From the human T2T-CHM13v2.0 reference genome, Homo sapiens: DNA of 64,000 nucleotides. Below the pieces are notes generated by a model. That model was given only the letters and a program-made list of their open reading frames with translations. It was not told where the DNA came from and made no database searches. A program made the translations under genes and the position numbers. Positions 14,579 to 29,452 of the stretch are shown here, one piece after another (the stretch's first letter is position 1; the number at the start of each line of letters is the position of its first letter). The DNA is taken from NCBI RefSeq assembly GCF_009914755.1, contig NC_060929.1. The stretch is one strand, 5' to 3'.

Positions 14579-16399
14579 CTATTCTTAAAAAGATCATGCA
14601 GGTCTTCATGTGGACAATAGAATGTGGAAGGAAAAATAGAACCTTGAAGTCCAGTCAACTAACTATTAAAACAATATAGGTAGAAAATAATGGCTTCTGG
14701 GGCAGGAGAAATGAAAGTAGAGGTGGTGAGAAATTGTTGTGCTCAGGATATATTTTGAAGATAGTCAAGAGGAGGTGCTGATGGAGTCTGTATGGGATAA
14801 TAAGAAAAGAGAAAGATTTCTCTCAAATTTTGGTTTGAGCAAATGGTAGAGGGTAGATACTGGCAGTTCTTGAAATAAGGAAGACATGGAGAGAAGCAGA
14901 TTTGTGGTCCAGGTGTGAGAAGTCAAGAATTCTTCTTTTGAACTTCCTAACAGTTATTTAAACATAAAGTAAGTGATTATATAAATGAATCTGCAACTCA
15001 GAGGAGGAAGTGCTGGTGATAAATATGCATAGGTCTTCAGCACATACAGAACATTTAAAGTTATTGCTTTGGGTGAGATTATTTTGCTAGGATATAAACA
15101 TTTTAGGATTAAGCCATGAGTACTTCAACATAAAGAGAAAGGGGAATCTTCAGAGATATTCAGTGAATAGGGAAAATTCCATATGAGCATGGTATTCTTG
15201 AAGCCAAGCAAAGAAAGTTTTTCAAGAAGAAAAATGTGGCCACTATGTCAAATATTATTGTATTGAGAAGATCAGAATAATTGAGATAGACGTGGGCACT
15301 GGATTTGGCAAGATGCATTCATTGTGACTATGAAAAAAGCAATTTTGATGTAGAGTAGGATCAAAATGTTAAAGAGAAAATTGAAGCTAAGGAAGTTGAA
15401 AAAGTGTGCATCTGCAATTCTTTCAGGAATTCTTATTATAAAAGGGAGTAGGTAACAAAAAGTGTGAGAGAATCAAGGGAAAATTTTTTAGAGATAGGAA
15501 ATGTTATGTCATGTTTGTATGTGATTAGAAATGCTTTTGTAAAGAAGGGGAAGAATAATCATGCAGGAGGGAGAAAAGATGCATTCCTTGTGTGTGAGAG
15601 GGAATGAGACTACAGGCACAATTACAAGAATTGGCCTTGGAAAGGAGGATGGACAGGTCCACAATTCAAATAGGAGGTAAACAGAATCGATGGAGACAGA
15701 TCCCTCTTGGTTCCTAGATGTGATATTGGAAAACGGAGTTGTTTTCTTTGGTCATTTTTTTCCCAAATAAATGAAAAGGCATCAACAGCAAAGAATGAGG
15801 AGGGAATGTTAATATTTGAGGAGAGGAGAAGCTCCCTGTTAATAAAGACACTTATGGGTTATGTGAGAACATTCCAAGTACTGAGATCTTTATGACATTA
15901 TTAGTTATTGCTAAAACTTTGCACACTTTCTTTTAGATCATACATTCATTGCTGGGTCAGAGTAATAATTTACTGGATGGATTTGAAGGCCCTTTTGAAC
16001 TGAAGATTTTATAACACAATTTTGTAGTTTTGCATCAGCTTTTGTATTCTTCAACAATTCAACAAGGATTTATTCAGCATAAAGTATGTGAAGATATAGT
16101 TCCTATCTCCAAGGCACTTACAATCTTAATTTATTTCATTCATGGAGGTGAGATGATCTTCAGGACTGTTGTCTCAGGGTTTAATAAAAAATACTGAAAA
16201 TAAATTAGAGTCAATTTGAGAAGATGGAAATTAAAAATCTTTGTCTCATTTTTCAAATCTGCCAGCCATTCACTGATGAAAGATTATCTTTCCAAAGTGA
16301 ATCAGTTACCAGGTAGTGATTTCTGTAAGCAGGGTGATGAGTATTCTCAAGTGAAATATTTAACCTGAGTTCTTAAAAGAGTTATCAGTACCCACTTTC

Positions 16400-17232
16400 T
16401 TTATTTCCTTACTTTCAACTCACTCTGTAATCCACTTTAATCTTCATTTTTTTCTTGCCATTCCACCAGAACAGTTCTAATTTAAGTCAACTGTATAAAA
16501 TTGAATAGACATTATTTAGTCTTCATCTCATTTCCCCTCCCAGCATGTGACATGGCTGGTGACTCCTTCCTGAGATGCTCTTTTCCCTTGAAATCTGTGC
16601 ATCGACTCTGGGATTTTTCCACTCCATTCTTCATACTGCATCCAAAGTTATTATATCTTATAAAATAAAAATTTGATTGTGTCACTCAATCCTATTCTCC
16701 ACACTTAGACACTTAAAATCTACCAATGGCTTTTCTTTGTCCTATTTCTGTTTAGATAATGACCAATTCATCTGCTCAGCCTACAACTCTTTGTGATTTT
16801 ACCCTGCCAGTTTCTCTGCTGCCATCATAGAAGTCTGTCCCTCTCATTTTGGAGTCTTTCATAGGTTCCTTGTCCATGTCCTAAGGGCTTCTACATGGGG
16901 CCTATTATCATGCTGCTCTCACCCTCACCCCCTTTAGTGTTTTCCTCTCTTCTTACTCCCACTTCTCATCTCTGACTCATTAATGGCTACTCCCTCATTG
17001 ATTAGAGTATCGCTTTTTCAGGGACTCCTTCCCTGATGTACTCTGGTTCATGTTTGTGTTTTGACTACTCCTTTGAGATGGTATTCCTTATAATCATCAG
17101 CATGATCATTTTATTAATTGCATTTCTCACCACCACAACCCGAGAACACTGCATTTTTGCTCAATATTTAATCTCCAACACTTAATACAGTGTCTACCTC
17201 ATAACAGAACCTTAAAAATTTGTTGGTGGATG
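16400..17232 (+). mobile_element. L2 fragment (3' part)
   Basis: Pyrimidine-rich L2 motifs 'cagcatgtgacatggctgg', 'tgattgtgtcactc', 'caatggctt'; ends 'aaatttgttggtggatg'. Confidence 0.7.
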
Positions 17233-17787
17233 CCTACTACAATGCCATTTTAAAGTATAGCTAATCTTCTAGTTACAATTTGCAGATGCAGTTTTCTTAT
17301 TCTATGCCATCTGACACTAAAAGGGATCCCCGGGTGTTAGGACCTATAGCTGAGCACTAAATTTTCTTAGTGACTTTAAACTTATAACCCTGGTGGTGTT
17401 TATAATTACTCCTTTACATTTTTAACTCTAATCCTTAATAGATATGATCCGTGCCTTAAGAGAAAAGCATGAATAATGATGAAGAATCCACATCTCTTAA
17501 GCTGTGCAGAATTTTCATGATGTTATCTTAAGATAGGTCTACTGCTCTGCTCACCCACTCTCTACTTGGCTATTCTTTCTTTTTCAGTGTTCCAGATAGG
17601 TAGAACTTAATGGCAGTAGTAACCTCAAGCTATGATGAGAATCCTTTCAGTATTACACTAATACACTCTGTTCCACACCTCTTCCATGTATACCTTCAAA
17701 TTCTATGGATTCAGATACAAGAAAAACTCATGAAAAGAATAAATATGGTATTGCATCAGACCACTATGTACAAACACACATAGGCAG

Positions 17788-17811
17788 ACACACACACACA
17801 CACACACACAC
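17788..17811. repeat. (CA)n microsatellite, ~11-12 units
   Basis: Direct reading. Confidence 0.95.
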
Positions 17812-17879
17812 TTAACAGACATTATGGATCTGCTATTTATCTAAACTGTTGGAAGAGGTACAGTTTAACAGCTCATATT

Positions 17880-17992
17880 ACTCTTCTTTGAGACAGGAAC
17901 TGTGCCAATTTTCTTCATTGATGCATGCCTGGTACTTAACACAGTACCTGGAACCTAGTGAGTACTTCTTAAATATTTGTTGAGTGAATGAA
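17880..17992 (+). mobile_element. L2 3' end
   Basis: 'acagtacctggaacctagtgagtacttcttaaatatttgttgagtgaatgaa'. Confidence 0.8.
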
Positions 17993-17995
17993 AGA

Positions 17996-18876
17996 TATAC
18001 TTACTGTGTCACAGAATCTGTGCTAAGTGCTCTACAGGAGCTGTTATGCTTATAATGCTACCAACAATTCTATCATTATTTATCTCCCTGTTATCAATTC
18101 ATGCCTCTCAGCTCCAAATTCTGAGACCTTCCAATTCTCCAGCCTTCATTTCTGCTCTGTAAAACTGGGGCCCTTTAAATATATTTTCTTCATCAGCTGA
18201 CATGATGTTAATATTTGTCAATAAAGGACATTGGAAAAGCATTGCAGGAGGAAGGTTTTTCCTTCCTGATTCCAGTGTACTCTAGGCAGGCTCTTGAAGC
18301 ATGTTCACTTTAGCACCTGGGGCCACTGGCTGTCCTCTTGTGCAGTTTTACAGTGGAGTGTCTTCATTGAGCACCTCCTAGTAAACAGCTTTCTCTGCAA
18401 CTCTAGACAGTAGGTTTCTGGTAAGTTGCAGAGGGTAGCTTTTTAGCAAGTTCCACAAACCAACCACAGCAACTTGTCTGCCATCTGGTGAGCCATGAAT
18501 GTGTCCTTCCTGTCTCATAAGGTCTGGATCTCGGCCCGGGACAACTGTTACTTTGGCTGCTCAATATCAGACCTAAGGCCTTCCCTATACCTGCAATTCC
18601 TATATTCTTTAGAGTTCTTGTGATTTTTATTAGTCAATGCCTCTGTACTTTAACCCCCTTGTACAGTCAATTCTTTATTTTAACATTTTCTCATTCAAGT
18701 TATTATGTAATTCCTCTCTCCTATTGAATCCTAACTCGTAGAATTCTCTCCGTTTTACAAATGAAAGTGATGTCAAGAAGTATTATAAATTTGTGCAAGT
18801 TCACACAGCTTGCAAGAAAACTGATACTAGAATCCAAGCATTGTGATTTCAGAGCCTGTGCACCTAATCATTATGC
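17996..18876 (-). mobile_element. MIR split by an LTR (17996-18088 and 18742-18876)
   Basis: 'tacttactgtgtc...tgtgctaagtgctctaca' resumes as 'ccgttttacaaatgaaa...gttcacacagct...tcagagcctgtgc'. Confidence 0.65.
18089..18741 (-). mobile_element. ERVL-class solo LTR (LTR33/LTR41/LTR52-like)
   Basis: Begins 'tgttatcaattcatgcctctcagctccaaat' and ends 'ctctctcctattgaatcctaactcgtaga'; ~650 bp interrupting a MIR; family name uncertain. Confidence 0.55.
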
Positions 18877-19944
18877 TCAGCTGTTTCTTATATGTGAATA
18901 TAATAAATCTATTGTGTTCCATAAGGTTTTAACTATGTGATATGAAATGCTTTCATATTTGTTCTAAACTTGAGGATGACACACAATTTATTGTGTATAC
19001 ATACTGGAACACTATGATTCCAAAACTTTTCATCACATATTCTATTCTGTACTGCTCATTCATTATGATTCTTTCTTTTCAATGGAAAGGTATTACATCA
19101 CTTTAATCTTTCCTTAAATATCAAGCCCCCAAAATGTTAATTTTCTCTATGTCATCTCTAGTTTTATTATGTGACTATATGTTTTGTGAAGAAGACTTCT
19201 GTGCATATATTAGCAATCTATGCAGGCTGATGTAGTTTTTTGAGTGTTCCCTCAAACTGTACTTAAAATTAACCACATGACCAAGTTACTGATTAGCCAA
19301 AGTCTTGGAACATAGGCAATGTGCTAGTTGTGGCTTTTTGATACCTCATTATCATTCTGCACATAGTATAAATTTTAAATGTCAAATATTTAAGGGAATC
19401 AGAATTAATGGATGAAAGAAATGGTGGAAACTGAATGATTGGGGTGATGGTTGTATATGAAGAGAGAGAGAGAGAGGGAGAGAAAAAATCCCTCTCTGTT
19501 AGGAATGGACAGTCATATTTGTTGTCTCAAAAACACTGAAGAAAATTTAAGATAGTACATCAATTATTTCTCCCACTCTCCAAAAATAAAAATAAAAAGA
19601 ACCAACATTTTCAGTCCTGTAATTTGGAGCTTAGAATACCTCTTCTAGAAATGTGCAAGTTTTTTAAAAAAAATCAAAACCGAAACAGTGTCCTGGTTTG
19701 AAGAGAGGTTATTGAATTCTAAACTTTATCATAGAGGCATGTGCATGACTAAGAGGTGTTCCCACCTGATAAACAAGCATACATGACATCGTCTATTGTG
19801 TAATTTGGCTCCGCTCTTCATTATTGTTACCATCATTTTATCTCCAATGTGACAGCTTTAGTTTTCTGAAAAGGTTTTAATTGGTTAAAAAAATCCCCTG
19901 TCCTTTATCAAGAAGGATTCTTCCTGTTTTGTTCTTTCTCTCAG

Positions 19945-20144
19945 AGGGGAAGGAAAATCTAAGCAAGAATGCTCAAGGAGGCATTTTGAGGCCCCTGTGG
20001 AGTGGAGGTGCCCCCTTTGACCTTTTCATCAGTCTTTTCATTCCTCACCAGGAAGATTCCACAAAGACAATTTGAGAATCTTATGTGAAGCAGAACTAAG
20101 CTCTTGCAGTTAGTTATATGTGATGACAGAAACAGAATTACATG
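19945..20144 (+). other. Candidate spliced exon (UTR, non-coding or short N-terminal)
   Basis: Polypyrimidine acceptor 'ttcttcctgttttgttctttctctcag|' and donor 'ATG|gtaagc' in repeat-free DNA; alternative acceptor at 20051|20052; no transcript evidence. Confidence 0.3.
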
Positions 20145-21189
20145 GTAAGCAGATCGTTTTGTTTGTGATATTTTCAAATATAATTTTAAAGCTCTCTTGG
20201 TTGCATTTATTTTTTATTGTGTGTGTGTATGTGTGTATTCCAAACATATGTTTCTATATGGATATAAAGTATGTGTGTTATGGAGTAGTTTACGCTTCAA
20301 TAAACATGAAATGACTGAGTGAGATGCTGCTTCAATCATGGGTCACCTATGTTTTGAATATTTTGATTTTTTTCTTAAGTGTGCCCAAGGGATATTACTT
20401 TTATCTATTTTCCCGTGAATAACCCATGTTAACAATGTGAGGGTTTTTCTTTCCATTTTGTCTTCTTTCAGTTAATTTTAACTTCATTATTAAGATAAAT
20501 TGTAATGATGTTTAAAACCCCAGAGGCAAATGGGCTTCATTTGATTTCTTCTGGTAGATGAAAAAAAAATTTTTTAGCAGTTCCAATCTTCTGTGAAATG
20601 TGCCCTGTGCTTTGTGCTTACATTTTTAATGTGCCTTTCAAAATAGAATTGATTTGATTCTTTCTTTTAAGATATAAAATGGTAAATATTTTATCAGGGA
20701 AAGGGTAGTTTTTTGTTCTTTTTGGGGATATAAGCAACTGAAACAGTAAAAATAGTCTTACTAAATTAACCAACTGAACACAAAACAACACTATTTTAAA
20801 TCAGTTTGCATTTCCAAAAAAAAAATTCACCTTGAGATGTAATTTATTTGGCAGACGCTCTCTGGGGAAGAGAATTTTTTCCCCAGAGATGATCATAGTC
20901 TGTCTCTTGCTCAGGCTTTCTGACATCTCAAACAAAAGAAGAGATTCAAATAACAAATAATACAGGGAAATCACTCAAAGGAAAACATATCAGAGATGTG
21001 TCATGATTTCTGGTGAAAGTTTAGCTACCCTCATGAAAAAAAATGACAGATTTTATGAATTATGTGACTTTTCATAATGTAAACCTTATTTTATACAAAA
21101 GAGTGGCCATTTATTGGCCAAGCTCTCTGTTCAGGCCATGGGGACAGTCAGTTGGACATTAGTCCCTGCACTACATAAAGCCTGCCCTC

Positions 21190-21312
21190 TTCCACTCATT
21201 TATGTTACAAAGAATAATTGAGCACCTTCCCTGGGCCTTGTGCTGTGGGAGATAAAATAGTGAAGTAAACACAGACCCTGCCCTCATGGAGCTTCAAGTC
21301 TAATCGGAGAGT
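21190..21312 (-). mobile_element. L2 3' end
   Basis: 'attgagcacct...gtgctgtgggagata...ccctgccctcatggagctt'. Confidence 0.8.
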
Positions 21313-21337
21313 GAATATTCATATTCCTGAAAGGCAA

Positions 21338-21367
21338 AATAATAATAATAATAATAATAATAATAAT
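21338..21367. repeat. (AAT)n microsatellite, ~9-10 units
   Basis: Direct reading. Confidence 0.95.
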
Positions 21368-21949
21368 TGCCTTGTGAAAGGAATATAAAAGTATTGCAGA
21401 ATGTCTTGGGAATGGGTAAATAGACTTGAAGTTTATTTCTTCTTTGCAGATGGCATCAAGTATAGAATAGGGCAAATTTGGGCTTGAAAGTCATTTTTCT
21501 GTGGCAGAGTTCAATATCACTTGGATTTTAGTGAACAGAACCATTGTGGTTGGTGATTCTTCTACATCTTTTTTCTTCTTGTTAGGGCAGTGGCTTCTGT
21601 GAATTAAAGGGCCTGTTACCCACCCTATAGGTAACAATCCTAAGCCTCCCTCACAAGCCTAATTATTAGCAAATTGCTCTTGCTAGATCAATGGTTATGC
21701 TTTCAAGTCTAATAAGAATGAAAAAAGTGTTCAAAGCTGAGATATTTTTAGTCCTACAGAGAGATTGATTTTCTATGAGTCTCTAAATTACCTTTAAAAA
21801 CTTCTTTTAAATTCCAGCCAACATGTTAGATTTGAGATTTACCATTATGAAAGAATGTTTTCTTGGAAATCCCTCCTCCAGTTAATTTTTGTAATTTCTC
21901 TGTTAGGAACTCACTAGTGGTTTCTTAGTAAATGTAACATCCAGATAGT

Positions 21950-22390
21950 AATAGCTTTTGTTATGTTAAAGTACAACTCAGACATTTAAAACAATATGTA
22001 TTTGTCATTTATCATGATTCTGTAGGTTGGCTGGATGTTCTAGGCTGTGATAGTTGAGCTGAGGATACAGTGGACTCATATGTTTGAAAACTCAGCTGGG
22101 GAAGCTGTGTGCTCTCAAGGTAGATCCTCATTATTTGGTGACAGTAGAAGTCCTAGAGGCAAGTAGGAGAGGGCAAGCCGCAATGCACACTTTTGAAGAC
22201 TTTGCTTCTGGCATGTTGGCTAATGTCCCATTGAGTAAAGTAAGACATAAAACCAAGATCAAATTTAAAAGTTAGAGATAAAGATTGCACCTCTTGATGG
22301 AAGGGGTGGCAAAGGCCATTCACTGCAAAAGGCCATTCGTACAAGAAGTTGTGAACAAATATGAGGCCATTGTTGCTGTACTTTACTTCA
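21950..22390 (-). mobile_element. MLT1H-like MaLR LTR
   Basis: 'ttaaaacaa...tcatgattctgtaggttggctgg', 'gctaatgtcccattg', 'cacctcttgatgg'. Confidence 0.7.
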
Positions 22391-25300
22391 TGAATTGACC
22401 CTTTAGAGGTCAGATCCTGGGTTACTTTGTGGGATGTCCAAAATCTCTCGTAAATGCTTCCTAACTTTCTATTTATTTCTTATTTTTTCCACACTATCAC
22501 ATCCATTCTTTCAAAATGGTTACTCTTATGCTAGTTGGCCAGCTGGATATTAAAATCACTTCTCAGGTAAAGAGATACGGTCTACCTTGCAACAATATTG
22601 GATTAGGTATTCTTTCAATTGGGAAACAAAACCTTTTTTTCTTATAAAGAAAAATACAATTATTGGCCCAGTGGGCGAGAAAAACATTTTTTGTCCGTTT
22701 TCTTTCTTTTTGTTTTTAAACTAGTGGGGTGAAGAGGAGAAGGGAGAAGGTACCCTATCCAAGACTCCTGAAGAAATAGCACATCATAACCAGCAGCATG
22801 TAAGGTATACCCTTGATAAGCTAGGACCAGAAGCTCTGTTGGAAACATCCTCAGGCTCTGATAAGTCATAGTTTGATCAGTAGAAGAATATCCCTTTTCT
22901 GAATTTGTCTGAAGTGAGAATATTTCTTAATTAATTGTTTCAAGAGTTAAAAAAGTTTCACGGACATTATTTTCTTCTAGTAAAAGTTGATATCCCAACT
23001 AGTCTGAATGCTGTTAGCAGCCAGGCTGTTGTTAAATTACTAAAAGTTATTAAAAATAAAATAATTAACTACTTCACCAGAAGCTCAATGGTTCTGATGA
23101 AACATTCCATCACTTTCTTAGAAATTCTGTTTCATGTCATTCCTGTTTAGAATATATTATGCAATTAGCAGTTTTCTAGTCCCAGTGAGTGGTAAAAAGA
23201 ATAAACAGTGAGACCTAATCAGTCTCCAAAATGCAGTGATTGAGCATTATGAACAAATTCCCTTTGTGAGAAACACAGAAACAAATAGAAAGGCTCCTAT
23301 ATTCTGGGAAAAAGTGAAACCAGATGCACAGAACTGATAGATTGAAAATACCTTCTCACCAGAATCACTACTTCCTCCACAGCACCACGTAATCAGGAAG
23401 AGATCCTTTAGCTCCCAGTTTCTTCTCCAGCCAAAGATCAGGTTGGCTCATGTGTCCAACATCCCAACTCCTCTGAGGCTCCCCACAAAATTGGCATCTG
23501 TCTTTCCAGTCTTGGAGCTCTGATGGGTCCAGTCCAGTCTAGCTACCTAGGAGAGAATGAATGCAGTACGTTGAATTGATAGAAACAATTTCTCCCCTCC
23601 TATGGCTCAGCACAAAGTGAGCAGAACAAAAATACAGCAATCTGCTTCTCTCTAGAGGGGGAAAGAATTGGTAGAGGACCCAGAATCTCTGGCTGTACTG
23701 ATTGATAGGGTCTTCTGAACGAGTCCAGGTTGTGACTATTCTAATGCAGAAATATCAACACAGCATCAAGGAAAATGAATAACCAGGTGAACATGTTCCA
23801 GATAAAGGAACAATATAAATCTTCAGAAACAAACCCTAATGAAACATACACTTTGCCTGATACAGAATTCAAAGTAGCTGTCACAAAGATGTTCAGTCAA
23901 GTCATGAGACAATACATAAACAAAGTGACAATCTCAACAAAGAGATAAAATGGTAAGAATTGCCAAACAGAAATCATGGAGCTGAAGAACACAATAATTA
24001 AACTGAAAATTTACTAGAGGGGTTCAAAACCAGACTAGATCAAGCAAAAGAAAGGATCAGTAAATCCAAAGACAGGTCATTGGAAGTGACTCAGTCAAGA
24101 GAAAAAATAAAAAAGAATTAAAAAAGAGAAGAGAAACCTTAATGGATATATGGGACTCCATGAAGCTGATCAATATACACACTATGGAAGTCCCAGAAAC
24201 TAGAAGAGAAAGAAAAATGAATAGAAAGCTTATTCAAAGAAATAATGGCTAAAAACTTCCAAAATCTGGGAATGGAAATGGACAATGAAGTCCAAGAAGC
24301 CCAAGTCACACCAGATAAGACAAACTGAAAGAATCTACACTGAGACACATTATATTCAAATTGCCAAAAGTCAAAGAGAGAATTTTGAAAGCAGCAAGAG
24401 AAAAGCAGCTTTCCACATACAAGGTAAGCTCTGTTAAACTAGCAACTAATTTTTCAGCAGAAACATTGCAAGCCAGAATGGAGTGGAATGATATATTCAA
24501 AGAACTGAGAAAAAAATCAGTGTTATCCAAGAACACCATACCCAGCAAAACTGTCCTTTAAAAATGAAGAAGAGATAAAGATTTTCCCAGAAAAATAAAA
24601 ATTGAGAGATTTAATCACCACTAGACCTGCCTTACAAGAAATTTTAAAGGGAGTTCTTCAGGTTAAAATAAAATGACACTAAACAGCAATGTAATAGTGT
24701 AATAAAATATAAAACTTAATAGTAGAGTTAAATATACAGGCAAATGCAGACTACTATATTATTGTAATTGAGGTGTGTAAATTACATAAATTACTTTTAA
24801 TTCTAAAAATTATTGGACAAAACCAGCTATAACTGAAAATATGTTAAAAGATACACGATAGATATAATGCATAGATATGAATTGCATAGATATAAATTGG
24901 GACAATAACAAAAATTGTATGTTTATAAGAGGTTAAAGTATAGAGTGTTAAAATGTAATTGAATTTAAGTTGTTATCAGCTTAAAATAGACTTATTATAA
25001 CTATAAGATATTTTATGTAAGCCCTAAAGTAACCATACTCAAACAAAAATTCCTATAGAAATTACACAAAAGTGAAAGCGTATGAATGGGAAAAATGAAC
25101 GAAAGACAGAGGAAGATAGCAAGAGGAAAAAAAAAAAACAAATGAACTACAAGAATAACAGAAAACAACAAAATGGCAATAAGAAATTATGTCTCATTAA
25201 TACATACTTAAAGTGTAAATGGATTAAAATCTTCAATTGAATGGATTTGAAAAACACAATTATATGCTATTTTTAAGAAAATTATTTTAGATTTAAGGAC

Positions 25301-26627
25301 ACACATAGGCTGAAAGTGAAAGAATAGATGATATTTCATACAAATGGTAACCAAAAGAGAGTAAGGGTGCCTATACTTAGATAAAATAGACTTTATGTCA
25401 AAAACTGTCACAACATACAAAGAAGGACAATATAATGAAAATGTGTGAATTCATAAAAAGAATATAATACAACCAAGGGGAGAAATACAAATATAATATT
25501 AAATAATGGTAGGAATCTTTAATACCCCAGTTGCAATACAGGATAAAACATTCAGACAGAAATATCAATAAAGAAGCAGAGAGCTTGAACAACACTATGG
25601 ACGTTACAAATATATACAAAACATCTTATCCAACAGCAGCAGAATAAACATTTTATCAAGAGCACACAGAACTCTCTCCTGGATACATAACATGTTAAGT
25701 CACATAACAAGTTTTTTTTTTTAATTTTTATTTTTTCTGGGTACATGGTAGGTATATACGTATATCAGGTACATGAGATATTTTTAAAGGCATTCAATAA
25801 GTAATGGGTAGAAGAAGTATCCATAATCTCACACATTTATCTATTCTTTGTGTTACAAACAATCCAATTATACTCTTTGCAGTTATTTTTAAATATATAC
25901 TAAATTATTGTAGACTGTAATCACCTTGATATGACTATTAATATCAAATGCTAGGTTTCATTCATACTAGCAAACTCTATTATTTTTACCCATTAACCAT
26001 CTCCACTTCCTCCTCATGTCCCCCACCAGCTTTCTCAGCTTCCGGTAACTATCCTTTTACTCTCAATCTCCATGAGTTTAATTATTGTAATTGCTGGATC
26101 CCACAAATTAGTGAGAATATGTGAAGTTTGTCTTTCTGTGCCTCACTTATTAAGTTATGTTGATCATATGTTTGTGTTTAAACATGCATTATGTTCATGT
26201 TTAAGCATACATTATGTTAAACATAATGACCTCCAGTTTCACCTATGTTGTTGGAAATGACAGAATCTCATTCTTTCTTTTGGCTGAAGAGTACTTCATT
26301 GTAAATATGTACCACATTTGCTATATCCATTCATTTTTCAATGGACACTTAGGTTGCTTCCAGATTTTGACTATTGTGAATGGTACTGCAGTTAACATGA
26401 AAGTACAGATAAATCTTCTATATACTGATTTTCTTTCTTTTAAGTATATACCCAGCAGTAGGATTGCTAACTCATATGGCAGCTCTATTTTTAGTTTTTT
26501 GAGGAATGTCCAAACTGTTCTCCATACTGGCTGTACTATTGTACATTCCCACTAACAGTGTACAGGGTTCCATTTTCTCTACATCATCACCAGCACATTT
26601 TATAGCCTGTCTTTTGGATAAAAGCAA

Positions 26628-29452
<2,825 letters not shown>

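Noticed and set aside
20859-20889. Perfect 11-bp inverted repeat (tctctggggaa-N9-ttccccagaga) as a structured RNA or MITE
   Set aside because: A stem of this length is roughly expected by chance in 64 kb; there is no extended pairing or TSD
24857-24900. Three ~15-bp copies of 'atagatatRaattg' as a functional or CRISPR-like array
   Set aside because: No spacers; an ordinary slippage duplication in the L1 inter-ORF region of a mammalian genome
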